A stretch of 61,950 nucleotides of DNA, counting the filler, from Choristocarpus tenellus KU-1152 (Eukaryota > Protista > Phaeophyceae): NCBI GenBank assembly GCA_964200185.2. It is 9 parts of 9 records of this genome, joined end to end, with 100 filler letters (N's around TTAATTAATTAA, not from the genome) between each part and the next. Parts side by side here need not be neighbours in the genome. Positions count along the whole stretch, not along the records: positions 29,800 to 46,802 come from CAXNAD020000737.1; positions 46,903 to 51,877 come from CAXNAD020012309.1; 7 more parts are not named here. The stretch is one strand, 5' to 3'. The position numbers were made by a program, and so were the translations under genes. Under the pieces are notes generated by a model. That model was not told the DNA's origin, searched no databases, and saw only the letters and a list, made by a program, of their open reading frames with translations. Positions 38,301 to 51,300 of this stretch are shown here, in pieces. Position 1 is the first letter of the stretch, and every line of letters begins with the position of its first letter.

Positions 38301-41300
38301 CGCCATTATGCCCTAGGCCCCATACATTGTCTGAAGTCTCCCTGAGTTTGCAAGAGAACTTTGAATTTTCCCTTGATCTAGAAAGTTGGTGCGTCCTGCC
38401 AAGAATTGGTGATGTTGGATCCCCTGCAGCCTCCTTGGCAGTATTGATTGTTCTGTTTTCCCTCTCCTCAACTGCCCACCTTGCAAATGCCATGTCAATA
38501 TCCACTGGGAACACATACGGCTCTTTTCCCAACCCTAACCCTTGCATGTACTTCCTTGCTTTGCTTAGAGACAGTGAAGGGTGAGCAACATTGATTCCAA
38601 TTTTCCGCCAATTTTGATCACAGTACTGCCCGAAAGCATCGCAACCTTGATCCTCTCTGTTTGAATATACTCCGTTGTGGTCTGGGTCTGTCATTAGTAC
38701 AAGCTGCCATAAAGCTGTCTCAAGAACAGGGACAGCCTTGTCACAGAGCCATTTGTCCCACCCCTGCATACCTCTGGTATCACATGTCGAAGCTTCTCTT
38801 TCAACTCCTAAGTTTGAGGTTAACAGTGTCATCCTTCCTACCTCACTCCAGCCTTTCACACCATTGTTCCTCAGTGCCGATCCATCAGATAGTGGTTGGG
38901 ACTCAGCCTCCCTGCATCCCAGGCTTTGACCCATGAAGACACTCAAAGCAGCTTCTCTGACTACCTGGATTGCTTCATGAGAGCTGAGGACCTGCCTCAC
39001 TTGTGTTCCCAATGATAGCCTGACCTGGGACAGCCACAATTCCACCCGCTCCCACTCCTCCCATGATATCCTTGATGTGGTGGGAGTAACAGCAGTAGCT
39101 AAGGAAGTTGGCAAAGGGGCAGCAATTTCACCATGCAAAGATCAATGTGTTAACTCAAGTCAATGATTTCAAGATTTCTCTTTGTGGGTGCTGGCGCTAT
39201 ACATGCCCACCATATACCATCACAGTTGAATTTTGGAAGGTTCTCGTTTAGTAGGGGGACAGGGAGCCTATCTTTTTGCGTACCTTGAGATCTCCACTCT
39301 ACATTTCCAGGGTGTGCACTTATGTTGACATCCTTGTGTGGATGATCACTCTGAGTGATACCTTCAGCTGGTAGCCTAGAGACTTGAAAGACACTCTGTT
39401 GAGCCTGTTGCTGTGTGCTACTAGTGCCTTGGCTTATCCCACCAGATTCTGGGATTAAAACAATGAGGTGAGAAGGAGAGAATGATTGAGGCAGAAAGCA
39501 CAGAAAAGTGAGAACTACAAGGGGTTACCTTTCAAGGTACTCCGGCTCTACTTGGCGAAGGACAAATCAATTCATGCTGTGCAGGCTGACTGACACTTAG
39601 ATAGAAATGATGATAGATGGTGGGCAACAATCAGTCATATCTTCCATTGCCTTCCCTTCCCACCCAGAAGTCAGTATCAGAATTATCTGTCGATGTTACA
39701 CTGCGGTTGATAGGGGTGAGGTACCTGTGCTCTAGAAGTAGTCCTAGTGATCAACATTCTATACAATCCTGAATGCCAACAGGTGTTTCACATAGCAATA
39801 AAACGTAACTTAGCAACAGTGTGTTGGAATGCTGGTACAATAGGTGCACAACAATGGCAATGTCATGGAAAGTAAAGTAAAGCACATTGGGCATTAAGCA
39901 TCATCGGAAACATTATTGAGAGCACCCCACCAGCTTCAATGGTTTGCTGTACCCACACACTGAAGTTAATTTGGTCCAACCATACTCCATCACCTCTATT
40001 TTATCGCCACATCTACATTGAGGCTTGACCAAACAGGACCCTACCAAGAGGCCTAGTTTAGAACATCTCTCACCAAGTGAGGAGCCTTGCTCACTGTCAG
40101 TTGTGCTAACGGCTGCAGCTTTGCTGTTTTGCTTGTTGGCACTGTCATTTCGCCCTTTGCTCAATCTCAATTCAGGTGATTTAGATTTTATCAGAAACTT
40201 CTCTCCCGCCCCATAGTATTCTTCTTCTTTTTGCCGTGCCTTACTCTCACTCCCTTGTGTCCTAGCATGGGGGCATATTTCCAAACAAGAGCCTGCCAAA
40301 TCATTAGAGGGAAACCTTGATGTCCTTGTGCTGGGCATGCATAATATGTCAGAAATATACACAAAGATGATCAAAAGTAGGTAGACAATCGCTGAGAAAT
40401 AGTAAGAATCGAGCATTGTGTTTTGTTCCTTCCTGAGCCTTGAGTTCGCTGGGGGGAACATGGAAGAGGGCCTCTCTCATGATGCAGCACACTTGGAATT
40501 CATTGGGAACTAATCATCCCTCAACACAACACTATTGCGGAGAAAAGACAACTATGATGCACCCATAAAACATAAACAATGCTCAGAAGGAGTAGGTCTA
40601 CATAAGCTTAAATAAAGATGTGAGACGGTCTCCTACAATTCTCACTTATGCCTCCAGTCTTACTGCATTTCCTCCCACACTAGAGCGTCCTAATAGCTCA
40701 GTGGTTGAAGGAGGGTGTTCTCAGTAATAACTATATTGACTTATAACCCATTGACACCAGACTTCTTTCCATAGAGATCTGGTTTTATCGATCCGACTTC
40801 ACAAGGCAAACTCTATGGATGTACAATAGCACTGTCCTATCTGGCATCGCATACCATAAAAAAAAAGTGGACTCAAATAAGGTGACAAGGCTTCAGCATA
40901 GAACAATTGGGGAGGCAGAGCAACAAGTGGTGGGATGGTCAAATTCAATGCTCGAGAAGCGGAGAACAAACGGAGGCAGTACATCAACTTGTAGTGCACA
41001 ATACTTTGTAGTTTGTGACAAGTTAGACAGTCAGGGTTTTGTGACTCTGACCACAGGTTGGGATGGTCCCTAGTCTAAAGCGAATACTTATAATGATGAC
41101 AATGATAACAATAAGGCTCAAAGTATTTGGGGGGGGGGGTGGCAGCTGTCCATTTGGGGTCATTTTTTTCATGTCGCTATTTTTGTGTGATTTGGTTGGA
41201 TACGTCGGATGGATGATGCAAGTGCCCTTTTCCTGGTTATGAACCAAATGGACACCCTGGTGCAGACCCTTCCCCCCCCCCCAGATACTTTGGGTCTAAC

Positions 41301-44300
41301 ATTAAGAGTGTTTATAATAGTATCATAATCAGCAATAAATAATATTTACTCACTAATGAAGATATCAACTCAGAGGGGCCGCCCTGTCCATCTCTGATAG
41401 GCTGAACCCAATAACCTTGACTTTCAAGTCTTTTAGTTCATACCTTGTAAGCATCCCTGGTTTCTTCCAGTCTTTGACGTTTTTCAAGGCTTGTGACCGC
41501 TTCCTATCCTCAGGGACTAACTTGTCACTCAATCCAGGGCGTTGAGCCATAGTTACAATATGCAGCAGGGGAGGAAATTATGGTGGTGAGTTCATAGTTA
41601 GGAATAGTATGAAACGTATTGCAGAAGGTTCATTTCCTTGCCAGCAGTAAAAAGATCAAGGACACAAGGCACACTTTTGAACTCACTTGTGTAAGACAAG
41701 CAGGATGGCGAAATGTAGCTTGCATTTTAAGGAGGACACAACAACATTACAATATTTATAGTACACTACTAAAGAACATGGTAATGTATGGGAAATTTGC
41801 TCTCACAGGTGCGCTGTCGCCTGATCTGCCCACTTCTCCCCCTTGAATGGTTGCCTCGGTGACCGTGTGCTCGACAGTGTCCAGGGCACTGACAACGCTC
41901 TCCAAAGGGCAATTTTGATGCTTGCTCTCCCCTACTTGTCAACGTTAAGTGTTTGTGATGACTGCACAACTGCTTACCCTGGTCATACGAATGTCGATTC
42001 TCAACATCCATGGAGTGCTGGTGATTACTTACACTACAAGAAACATACTCTGAGGAAGGAGCAGATTTTTGCTGTTGAGTATCCTTCCACATTACCACTT
42101 CCTTGTAAGGTGGAGGAGGTTTGTTCTTTGTTTTTGCAGACTCTAGATTGAGGGCCCGCCCCTGGTGTGGGCTTAGAAAAGAGCTCGGGGCAATCTTATG
42201 TCCGTCCAGGGTGCTCAGCAACACCGCTCCAGCCCCCACCCCAGGGTCAACTTCCAGGTCAAATGCTGTCCCAGTCCCAGCCCCAGCCCCAGCTCCAGCT
42301 CCAGCTCCAACTCCAGCTCCAGCTCCAGCCCCAGCTCCAGATCCAGATCTAGATCCAGGACCAGGACCAACACCAGTGCGAACCCCATGCACACCTTCAG
42401 TTGCACTAGCAGCATCACCAGAGTCAAGCATAGATTCAGTCGTGGGTCCAGCATTAACCCTTGACCCAGGAACAGGTTCAGTTGGAGGTTTATCATCAGC
42501 CTCTGGTCCAGGCACAGCTTCAGGCACTGGTTCAGAGTTAAGCTTAGATCCGCATGCATCTCCAGTCACAGGATTAGCAGTAGCTTCTGAAGCAACCACA
42601 GCTTCAGCCCCAGGCGTAGAATTAACCCTAAATCCAGGCACAGCTTCTTCCACAGATTTAGTTCTAGCCTCTGAGACAGCTCCATCTTCAGCCACATCCT
42701 TCAAAACATCCTCAGCTTCATTCACACCTTCAACCATTGTTGCAACTTTGGGCCCAGATCCTGCCACAGAATTAGCCCTTGGTTTTTCAGGAGAATGTGA
42801 TACATCCATAGCTTCAGTCACAGCAATAGCATCAGCCCCACCTTCAGCAAAGACTTTATCCAATGGCTTAGCATTTTTCCGAGATGTGGCCACAACTTTC
42901 GTTGTTGGTTTTGCACCACCCCTAGGTCTAGTCAAGGTTTCAGCCTCAAGTTTTTCACTAAGGTCAGCCCTAGGCACAGGCCCAGGCACATGTGGAGTGT
43001 AAGCCTCAGGACCTGGAGGAGGTATAGGCTTTGCCTCAGTTCTATTGGAATCACCTACCCTCACAGCAGCCCCAGCCCCAGTCCCCATCACGGCTCGCCC
43101 AGCTCCTGCCTTTGATCTTGTGTCTATAGGAATGGCATCAGTCGCAACCCCAGTGTGCCCTCTCATTGACGGCCCTATATTCTTGAGCAGCTCTAAAGCC
43201 TGGCGGACCTGATCTCCAGCGGCAGGCCCAGCTGCTGCAGAGGCAAGCTCTACTAATGAGAGGGATGTATCTATACCGTCATATAAATCAGGGCCAGTCA
43301 TATTTTCACCGTCTGTATTGATACTAGGCACATTTCCTGACTTGCCAACCTCCATGTTGGTCTTGTCTATTCGACCCAAGGCCCCTGTGGCATCAGTAAC
43401 TGCCCACTGGACAATTTCCTCCAGGGTATCTGTGTCCCATGCACTCAACACACGAAGTTTTGCAATCAATGCCTCTGAAATTTTGCTCTTGTTGATGCCC
43501 ACATTAGGATTTCTCTTAGTGTTGTGACTATTGCCTCGTTTTCCCTTCTTCAGCGTGGAAGTTGCACCTGCTCTAGCCCTCATCTTTCTGTTACAACTTC
43601 CTAAGTCATTTTTTGCACTGCTTGTTGGTAAAGCCCGGTCTACTTTCTGCTTTGAATATATGTCACCATTGTGGGTGGGTTTTTTACGATTGCATTTGGC
43701 TCTACACATATTGCCAGAGGATTCTGGTCCCTGAGACAGCAACGTGAATGGTAGGATGGCGTATATATCCTGAGCATCAAGCGTTGATGGCACATGTCTC
43801 TCCCTCCCTCTTTGTGTTGTCACCATCCCTGAGTTGTGGAAGGAACTGTTTGTCCTTTCCCAATCTGACCTGCCCAGACTCTCATTGCTCACACCATGGA
43901 AGGAATGCCTGCGCCTCTCGCATTCCTTTGATAGTCTACATACTCTACCTATTTCCAAAGTGTTGCTGCAAGGACACACCACATCAATAGCATCAACCCT
44001 TGGGACTTGGTCGGTGTTGGAGGCACCATGCAAGAGTGGCTCTTGAACTGCTACACCTTCAATCTTCCTAGTGCCAGCCCTTCTGAGATTCTCAGAACAT
44101 TTCTTATCACACCATAGTACAGGGGTCTGTTTGGTTGAGTCAAAGGCACGATCTCCTGACCCAAAGAAAAACCCAGACGAGTTCAGAATTCCAGGCACAC
44201 TATCCCGACTGGGGCACTTGGCCCATGACGATGGACGACATTGTGCTGAAATTCTAGGAGTGCATGGAGACAACGGAGCCGTGGAAGGCCTGTCTGGGCT

Positions 44301-46080
44301 GGACAGCAATGACCGGTCCTTTTCTCGAGCTTGGGTAGGCCACTTCATATTGCACCTCCAGGGCTTGGCCTCAGATAGTGGGCTCGTGCTCTCCTCCATC
44401 CTGAAACTGTATGACCCCTTACGACTTTCGGTGCAAATCGTTGTGTCCAGCATTTTGTCAAGTATGCATTCGTCCTTATGTGAGTGTGTTGACTTTGTTG
44501 ATGGCGAAACTGACCTTGTATTTCTAATATGCCGCTTTGAACGTGGTTGTCGGAACCCCGAGTGCCTTAATGTGACCGTAATCTTATGGTGCGGGGGCTG
44601 GGATACCTCGTTGATGGCGTTCCCCGTCCCTCCAAGATGAGGCTCAAACGAGACACTCCTGCGCCTAGCACCTCCCACTGAGCCACAACATGCCACACGT
44701 TGAGCCGTGTTCCCTTTGGAAAAACTAACATAGAACTTTCCAGTTGATTCCTTACTTTCTTTCACCTTTCCTGGGGTTGCTGGCGACTGCGAAGAAACTT
44801 TGGAGCTTTCAGGAGTACGATTCGTGTCCTCTCTATCAATCTGGCAAGTTTCTTGGGTTCGTTGGGTTACTGGCGAGTGCGAAGAGACTTTGGAGCTCTC
44901 AGAAGTCTGATTGATGGTTTCCCTGTCAATCCGGGAAGCTTCTTTGACTTCGTTCAGGAGGTCAAGACTCTCAAGGTATTCCTCCAGCTTCCTGATGAGC
45001 TCCACCTCTGCCACGGTCTTGTCTCCAGTCATAACATCCTCTTCTTGGGTCATATGTCGAGACGATTTGAAAAGCAAGGTGCTTGCTCTCTTAGGTCTAT
45101 ATTTTCTGTCGCATCAACAGAAATTTTTTGTCATCTTGTCACTTATCACGTTTGGTGTCCTGAGTAGTTTCGACCATCGATGCTGTTGTCGCAGAGCCCA
45201 TATGGGCACATGTTGCCGTGTCAACAGCAGAGGAATCTAAAGCTGCACTTCTAGTAGGTCCATGAATGGCAATATAGTGAAAGTGGACGCCCCCATACTG
45301 CACTCGAGGCCACCATTCCTAACGTTTAATGGGGTCCAAATCAGACTCCAACAGACACAACAAATAACCCATTTTCTGTTGCGTGAAGAACCAAACTTGG
45401 GTAAGTTGGCGGTTTCATCCTTGAACAATTATAGTTCGAAGTAATTCACACATATAGTTTAAATTGTACTCCAATCGTGTATTACTAGGAAGTGGGTAGT
45501 CCAATCTCCAATCTACTTTGAAGTAGTACTATGTCATATTCTACTAATAATACATAAATTTCTGATGTACTATGCTGATGATGCAGGCATTGTGTACAAG
45601 ACCCAAGGATGTATTTTCGGAGTGCTGAAAAATATTTTGAACGTGACCACATCACTCGGTCTAACTGTGTCGGCAATAAAGGCAAAGAGATGTGTCTTCG
45701 ACTTCCTTATCAAGCTGCAGAAACCATGCAGATCCTGACACTGGACGAGACCTACAAGCAGTTTGTTTTCGTTGGGGGAACCCTCGTAACGTTGCCAATA
45801 TCATCACTGTTGAGATCAGGTTTGGGATAGAAACCTTTGAGTTACTTTCACAAATACTGCCAAGTCCTTTAAGATAGGACCTCATCAGGAGTTTCAATTG
45901 AGCTAAAGATTCGAATTTCAAGGCTGATTTGCTTGAAGTTCTGTTAAATAATTGTATGAATACTCCAACAGGTTCATTATCTGAGCCTCCATTCACCACA
46001 TCTATCATCACAAATTCCTCTATTATACAGGATTCCGCAAACTGGGCGACACTGATCATGTCCTGTCCTACAGATATCCT
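32382..46080 (-). CDS. Very large multi-exon hypothetical protein, mostly low-complexity/disordered; boundaries approximate
   Basis: Co-oriented long ORFs 45661-46314, 41769-45077 (1102 aa), 41365-41550, 39913-40461, 38143-39138, 35983-36867 and 32382-33308, plus short conserved-looking segments LRRIFNHYS (35226-35414) and LILFCQDYEISPGLVTLSEVLKAY (34565-34783, EF-hand-like). That these form one gene is an inference. Confidence 0.55.
34777..35051. mobile_element. MITE family B (~270 bp; contains a 10-N gap)
   Basis: TIR gagccaaagtatcttagagggta ... taccctctaagatattttcactc, flanked by agca on both sides; aligns with 37686-37947. Confidence 0.85.
37686..37947. mobile_element. MITE family B
   Basis: TIR gagtcaaagtatcttag ... 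ctaagatactttcactc; internal hairpin cctactccgaaa-tg-tttcggagtagg. Confidence 0.85.
41115..41296. mobile_element. MITE family A, complete (182 bp), TAA target-site duplication; Tourist/PIF-Harbinger-like
   Basis: taa-GGCTCAAAGTATTTGGGG...CCCCAGATACTTTGGGTC-taa. Confidence 0.9.
42270..42375 (-). repeat. Coding hexamer repeat (Gly-Ala)n within the 1102-aa ORF
   Basis: (ccagct/ccagcc)n encodes GPGPGSRSGSGAGAGAGAGVGAGAGAGAGAGTGT. Confidence 0.85.
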
Positions 46081-46758
46081 TTTGTGAAGACTGGATACAT
46101 GAGGGCATGGAGACAACAGTGCCGAGTGGAAACTCCTATTCCCTGGTTCAGTTGCACACATGAATGCTGAACAACTTCCCAAGGTGTTGATGTTTGGGGA
46201 GTTTGCGGCTGCAAAACAGAAGCAAGGTGGAGAGAAGTAGAAATAGTGTATATGGCTCCAAGACAACCTTAGGGAGTTTGAGGTTGTAGTTGAGGGTAGG
46301 AGTGCAAGGGCCACTAAACAACAGAAGTAGTATATGAGTGTGTGGCTAACAACACAACAAGGCTCATAGCACTTCTAAACTTTTTGCAGATAGATGTCGT
46401 GTAGAAGGAAGCAACATACATGTAGTAAGTAAGGCAAAGAATATATCAAGCAACAGAATCTGTATTGCTTGCAGGAAATGCCTTCTGATATACCAAGACT
46501 TGTAGTATATTTGAAAACAGAAAACAAGAAACCTACAAAGACACACACATATATATATACCAGAGTGTACTTGTAGTACGCAGCGGTATACTACGCGACA
46601 TACAATAAATTGCCATCCATGGTCCATTGGCTGATTGGATTGACTGATGGCACAGATTAACTAGTTCCATACATGATACAATGATGCCACAAAAACCAAC
46701 ATTTTTGTGTAGATGTTATCATGGAGGAGGAAGCAATATACAACACGTGCGAGTTTGA

Positions 46759-46802
46759 GAGCCAAAGAACCTTAGAGGGTAGAGCCGCGTCCATTAGAGG
46801 GC
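46759..46802. mobile_element. MITE family B terminus at contig end
   Basis: gagccaaagaaccttagagggtagagccgcgtccatt matches 34777-34815. Confidence 0.75.
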
Positions 46803-46902
46803 NNNNNNNNNNNNNNNNNNNNNNNNNNNNNNNNNNNNNNNNNNNNTTAATTAATTAANNNNNNNNNNNNNNNNNNNNNNNNNNNNNNNNNNNNNNNNNN
46901 NN

Positions 46903-48521
46903 CTTGTTGGGCTGGATGTAGCTCCTCCTGATCCCTGAGTACACGAATTCACCTCCCTTGCGCCGCATGCTGCCTGTCCTGAGAAGCCTGCATGGCAGAC
47001 CCGATACCCAGAGCAAATCTTGGAGCACAATCGTGGTCGGCGTGCCCGTCTCGTCAGTTGCCTCCAGGACTATCTCACTGGTTGCTCGTGCGTCCAGTGT
47101 ACCTTTGTTTGCAAAGGTGCAGGTGCGAGTGACTGCTATTGCTGCAGTGAGGTCCTGCAGTCAGGGGTAAGGTGCACGTTTGCACCCAAGTTGCACAGTA
47201 GGCTGATGGTCTTGGACAGATCTTGAGGTGAGGACAGGAGCGCTGTCTCGACCATCCTGTTGTACACATCTTCCCCTACAGACTCGTTCATGGCCAGGAA
47301 CACCCGCGATGAGCCCTGGTGATGAGCCCTGGCAATGAGCCTTGCCGCCGCCTTCGCCACCACTGCTCTGGTTGGTCCCTTGCTGGCGGAGGTGGGAACT
47401 TCGCGTGCTAGCTACCCCAAGCCAGTGGGGGTGCTTAGCCGGAGGCTTGCCAGCCAGGTACAAGTGGCACTACTTCCACCTGTGACTGTGTTTGAGACAA
47501 AGAGCACATTGGTTCGCACCGAGACCGCTCCCGGACCCGCCTCCTTGTTGGTGTCCCTGCACCAGTGTGGAGCGCCATAGCCCCCGAGCTCCTGGTCGTC
47601 TCCCTCGTGACCTCCGTGGGTCATGTATGAAGAGGACAAGATCATGGCTGTCTTGAGGTGGTCGTATGTGAGGCCCAGTGCTGTGGACAGCTGCGCAAAC
47701 ACCTGTGGCATGCTGTCCCTGATGCCAATGATCAGAGCCCCCCTCTTCTTGGCGTAGTCCTCCTTGGCCGCCTCCAGCTGCTCGTACTCCGTCCAGATGT
47801 GATCGAGACAGATGACGAAGTCGGCAGTGTCCTCCACCGATGAGCAGTACATGTCCTGCAGCTTCATCTTGAGAGCTGCACCACAGCACACCCCCCATAG
47901 ACCTGCTCCAGCTCGAACCAGGCTGCCCTCCCGTCGGAGCTGCAGTTGTTCTCATGCGTGCTGACCACTATTGCTGCCACCCCCCTCATGGCCTGCCCCA
48001 GTAGGAACCACAAGGCCTCGCGATGCTTGACATACTCCTCATACGCGCTGCGGTCCCCAAAGGATGTATCCGCCGTAGGAGATGCAGGGATGTGGTACGC
48101 CGGTTGGAGGATGTGATACAGTCCCTTCCCACCCGCATAGCTCACAAGCGCCATCCGCCATTTTGCCCACTTCTCCCTTGTATACCCTCGCACGCCAGTC
48201 CATAATGGCAGCTTACGTCGATCTGCTTTATTACCAGTGGCTCATAACCTGTGCAAAAGAGCTGTTCGAATAGAGTTTGATTTGTGGTGTGGATGAATTA
48301 ATTAGCGGATGAGCACCATCCCTCGAAGGGGAGAGCACCCCGTTACCTACTGCGCACGTCAGCAGACACGTCAGAACTGTCTGTGACAGTCGCACTGCGT
48401 CAGTCGTTCGTTCTGCCTCAGTCGTAGTTGCGTCAGTCACTTGTAGCAAACCAAAAAAGATGAATGAGCCTGTTGAACTCGAACCAATGGCTCCTAACCT
48501 ACAATCAGCCTATATTGCACA
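46903..48521 (-). mobile_element. Ty1/copia LTR retrotransposon, 5' part (LTR, PBS, gag, protease), decayed
   Basis: LTR 48250-48521 with TGTGCAA...TTGCACA ends; PBS GGTTATGAGCC directly after; gag (WAKWRMALVSY, DGRAAWFELEQVYG); degenerate protease (LLCNLGANVHLTP) and LQDLLWVSGLPCRLL; frameshifted. Confidence 0.85.
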
Positions 48522-50488
48522 GTTTGCCTTACGTCTTTCTTGTTTCTGTTGGAGACATGCAATAAATAAACCATTGTAATTTCAAGTATTTCCTCCTGAT
48601 TGCCCATAGTGTCTCAAACTTCCCTTACATCCTTACTGTCTTCTTGTAACTACCGCTGTGAACCCCAGTCAGATCGTATTTGTCATGTCTGCCGCTGTAA
48701 AAAAATTTCCACCTAATAATAGCACGTTACAATGTCAGGAACTCAGACTCTGAGGCTTTGGAGAGTTGGGAAGAGGAAATAAGAATTGTTGATTGGTGTA
48801 CTCGGGTGTCTTGGTTGTCCATACTCCGTTTGGTCTGTCTTCTATATATATATGAGATAGGATGTGTGACAGTTTTTAGGAGAGTAAACTCAAACCTCAC
48901 AAGTGGGCTATAATATTACCCAACATGATCAAGGTATGTTCAATCACAGAACCAATGCATGACAACATCATGTATGGCAAACACCAGCGTCATTGTAGCT
49001 ATCAGTAGGATACTAGTCAAGTCCAGTCAAACGGTTGTACAAAAATGCTGCACATCAGTGTACTTCATATGTTTTATGTGTGATATTCTTGTACATCTGA
49101 CTACTCTGGGCGCTACAGAATACTTTGATTGCTCTGATAGCTTTATGATGCTATAAAACTTAGCTCTGTCACTCCTCTGTCTTCGCCATGCGCTCTGGAT
49201 CCTCTTGATGGACATGCTTGACGCCTTGCACCTTGATTTCTGAAACCTTCCCCTAATTTCTATTCTTCTATATCCGTATGAGTCGATATTAGAACACATA
49301 TATAAAATAATAATAAAATTTTAGCCTCACAAGATTCGCCTTCTGGAAATCATGACAAAAAATTGGACTTTCAATGTGATGGGTCGTATGTCACACACTT
49401 CTGGTTGGTGAACTTTCAACCAACTCATTAAAGCATAGTCCTATGAGAAAAGTTGAAAGATATTGAGTGATTCATCATTCTCTTGCCCTGCAAAAATACC
49501 CCAGTTTGGGACACCAAAAAAAATTGGTTGCAAGAGATAAGGACCAACAGGGAACTAACTCCCACAAGAAATCATGACCTTAAAATAATTGATCTGTCTC
49601 TCCAAACTTAGTACTGTGTCAGCTCTTCTTGTAAGACTGGATGAACTTGAGGTTATTGACAGTGGCGATATCACTCAACTATTAAACCCCTCCTTCTCAT
49701 TAAATACTCAGTGGTATATTCACTCAACTGTTATTTAATGATACTAATAAACAGTGATGTCTCCACTAACTACACTATTAAAACGTTATTAACGCTCGAG
49801 ATCATTAATATTGTACCTAATGGTTAGTCTTTCAGGTAATCATCAATGGTGTTTCATTCTCCAGTGTTCAGTCATGGAAATCACCTCATCAATGGTAAGG
49901 TATTGGAGTACCTCTTCAATGGTTGTTAGCATTGGACTACCTCACCAATGGCCAAACACTGGATAAAACTTCCATCATTTACTTACCTCAGTGGTACTAC
50001 TGACACTAGAAACAGTAATACCCCATTCATTACCACCTGTCTGTGTGTCCAAGAGCTGTTAACAGCAAGTGTTTAGTTTAGTAAGGGTGTTAACAAATTG
50101 ATTTTGACTTGTAACATGTTGGATGTCAATATCTTGCTTTTGAACAAACGTCTGCCATGGAGGCTTGTTAGTCCAATGCAAATAAATGTGTATTGTTCGG
50201 TATTGTAAGATCCACAAATAGCCAATTGTATGGCACTCTTACAATCGACACAAATAGTTATCGGGGTATTGTATTGATCTAGTTATCAATTTCATGTAAG
50301 AAAGTCCTCCTCTAAACACTCTTGCACTGCAGCACATAGTTCAATTACTTCTTTGGTACTACCTCCGTGCCGTAAGTCTGTGCTGTGTTGTCCATAACTT
50401 TTGAAGATGTTGATGAAATTCATTTCTGAAAGAAGATTTGGAATCCTTGACGAATTTCTGGATATAGGGTCAACTCATTTTATTGTTA

Positions 50489-51300
50489 CTACTCCCCATC
50501 CATCACAATTTTATCAGCCATGGAAAAGGCCTCCATGTCTACCTTTGGCATGTTTTCAAGCTCACCAGACAACTGCCTCTTCCTTACCCCTGTGTGCTCC
50601 ACACTGAAGTCATTCCCCCCTTTGTATCTACGTACTTGATTATACACCACAAAAAGGAGCTGCCAAGCCCTCTCAAGCCTTACCCCTGTGTGCTCCACAC
50701 TGAAGTCATTCCCCCCTTTGTATCTACGTACTTGATTGTACACCACAAAAAGGAGCTGCCAAGCCCTCTCAAGCGTGGTTTCACCATATTCCCCACACTG
50801 TTTCTTAATGACCTTCGCCATCTCCTCAATGGACCCAAACTGCTCCCACATCTTCCAGCATTTCAAAGACCTGAAGAAGCACAGGTCCATGATATTGAGG
50901 TCGGGGGAATTAGATGGCTTCGTCACCAACCTAATTGACCACCCCTCAGTCTTCCCTGCCCCTGACAAGATTTCTGAGTTGCCCTTCCCCGTGTGGGGGG
51001 TGGCACTGTCTTGCTGAATGACAACATGCTTCCCCTGCAACCAAGGCATCTTGGTCTTGATTGCAGGCCGTAACTCCAATGTGTACCACTTCCTGTACCA
51101 CAAATGGTCTAAAGTACAGTCCTGCTCATACACATCCCCCCTTTTATGGTTCTTGCTTGTCCTGTCTGCTGTTTTTGGCGAATGCACACACACGCCAAAG
51201 CCAAGCTTTCCATCAAAGCTGTGAGTTGAATCTGGTTGGGCATTGGCTGCAATGATTATGGTTTTGGGGATATGACTCTTGTGCTGTACACTAGGGGACT
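50489..51300 (-). pseudogene. Tc1/mariner transposase of plant/oomycete DD39D-like type, C-terminal half, frameshifted
   Basis: VQHKSHIPK...FDGKLG, then PAIKTKMPW...VIQQDSATPH...PSNSPDLNIMDLCFFRSLK; 96-bp tandem duplication 50582-50774. Confidence 0.85.

Noticed and set aside
42121-43002. 293-aa Pro/Ala/Ser-rich plus-strand ORF
   Set aside because: Antisense shadow of the 1102-aa minus-strand ORF
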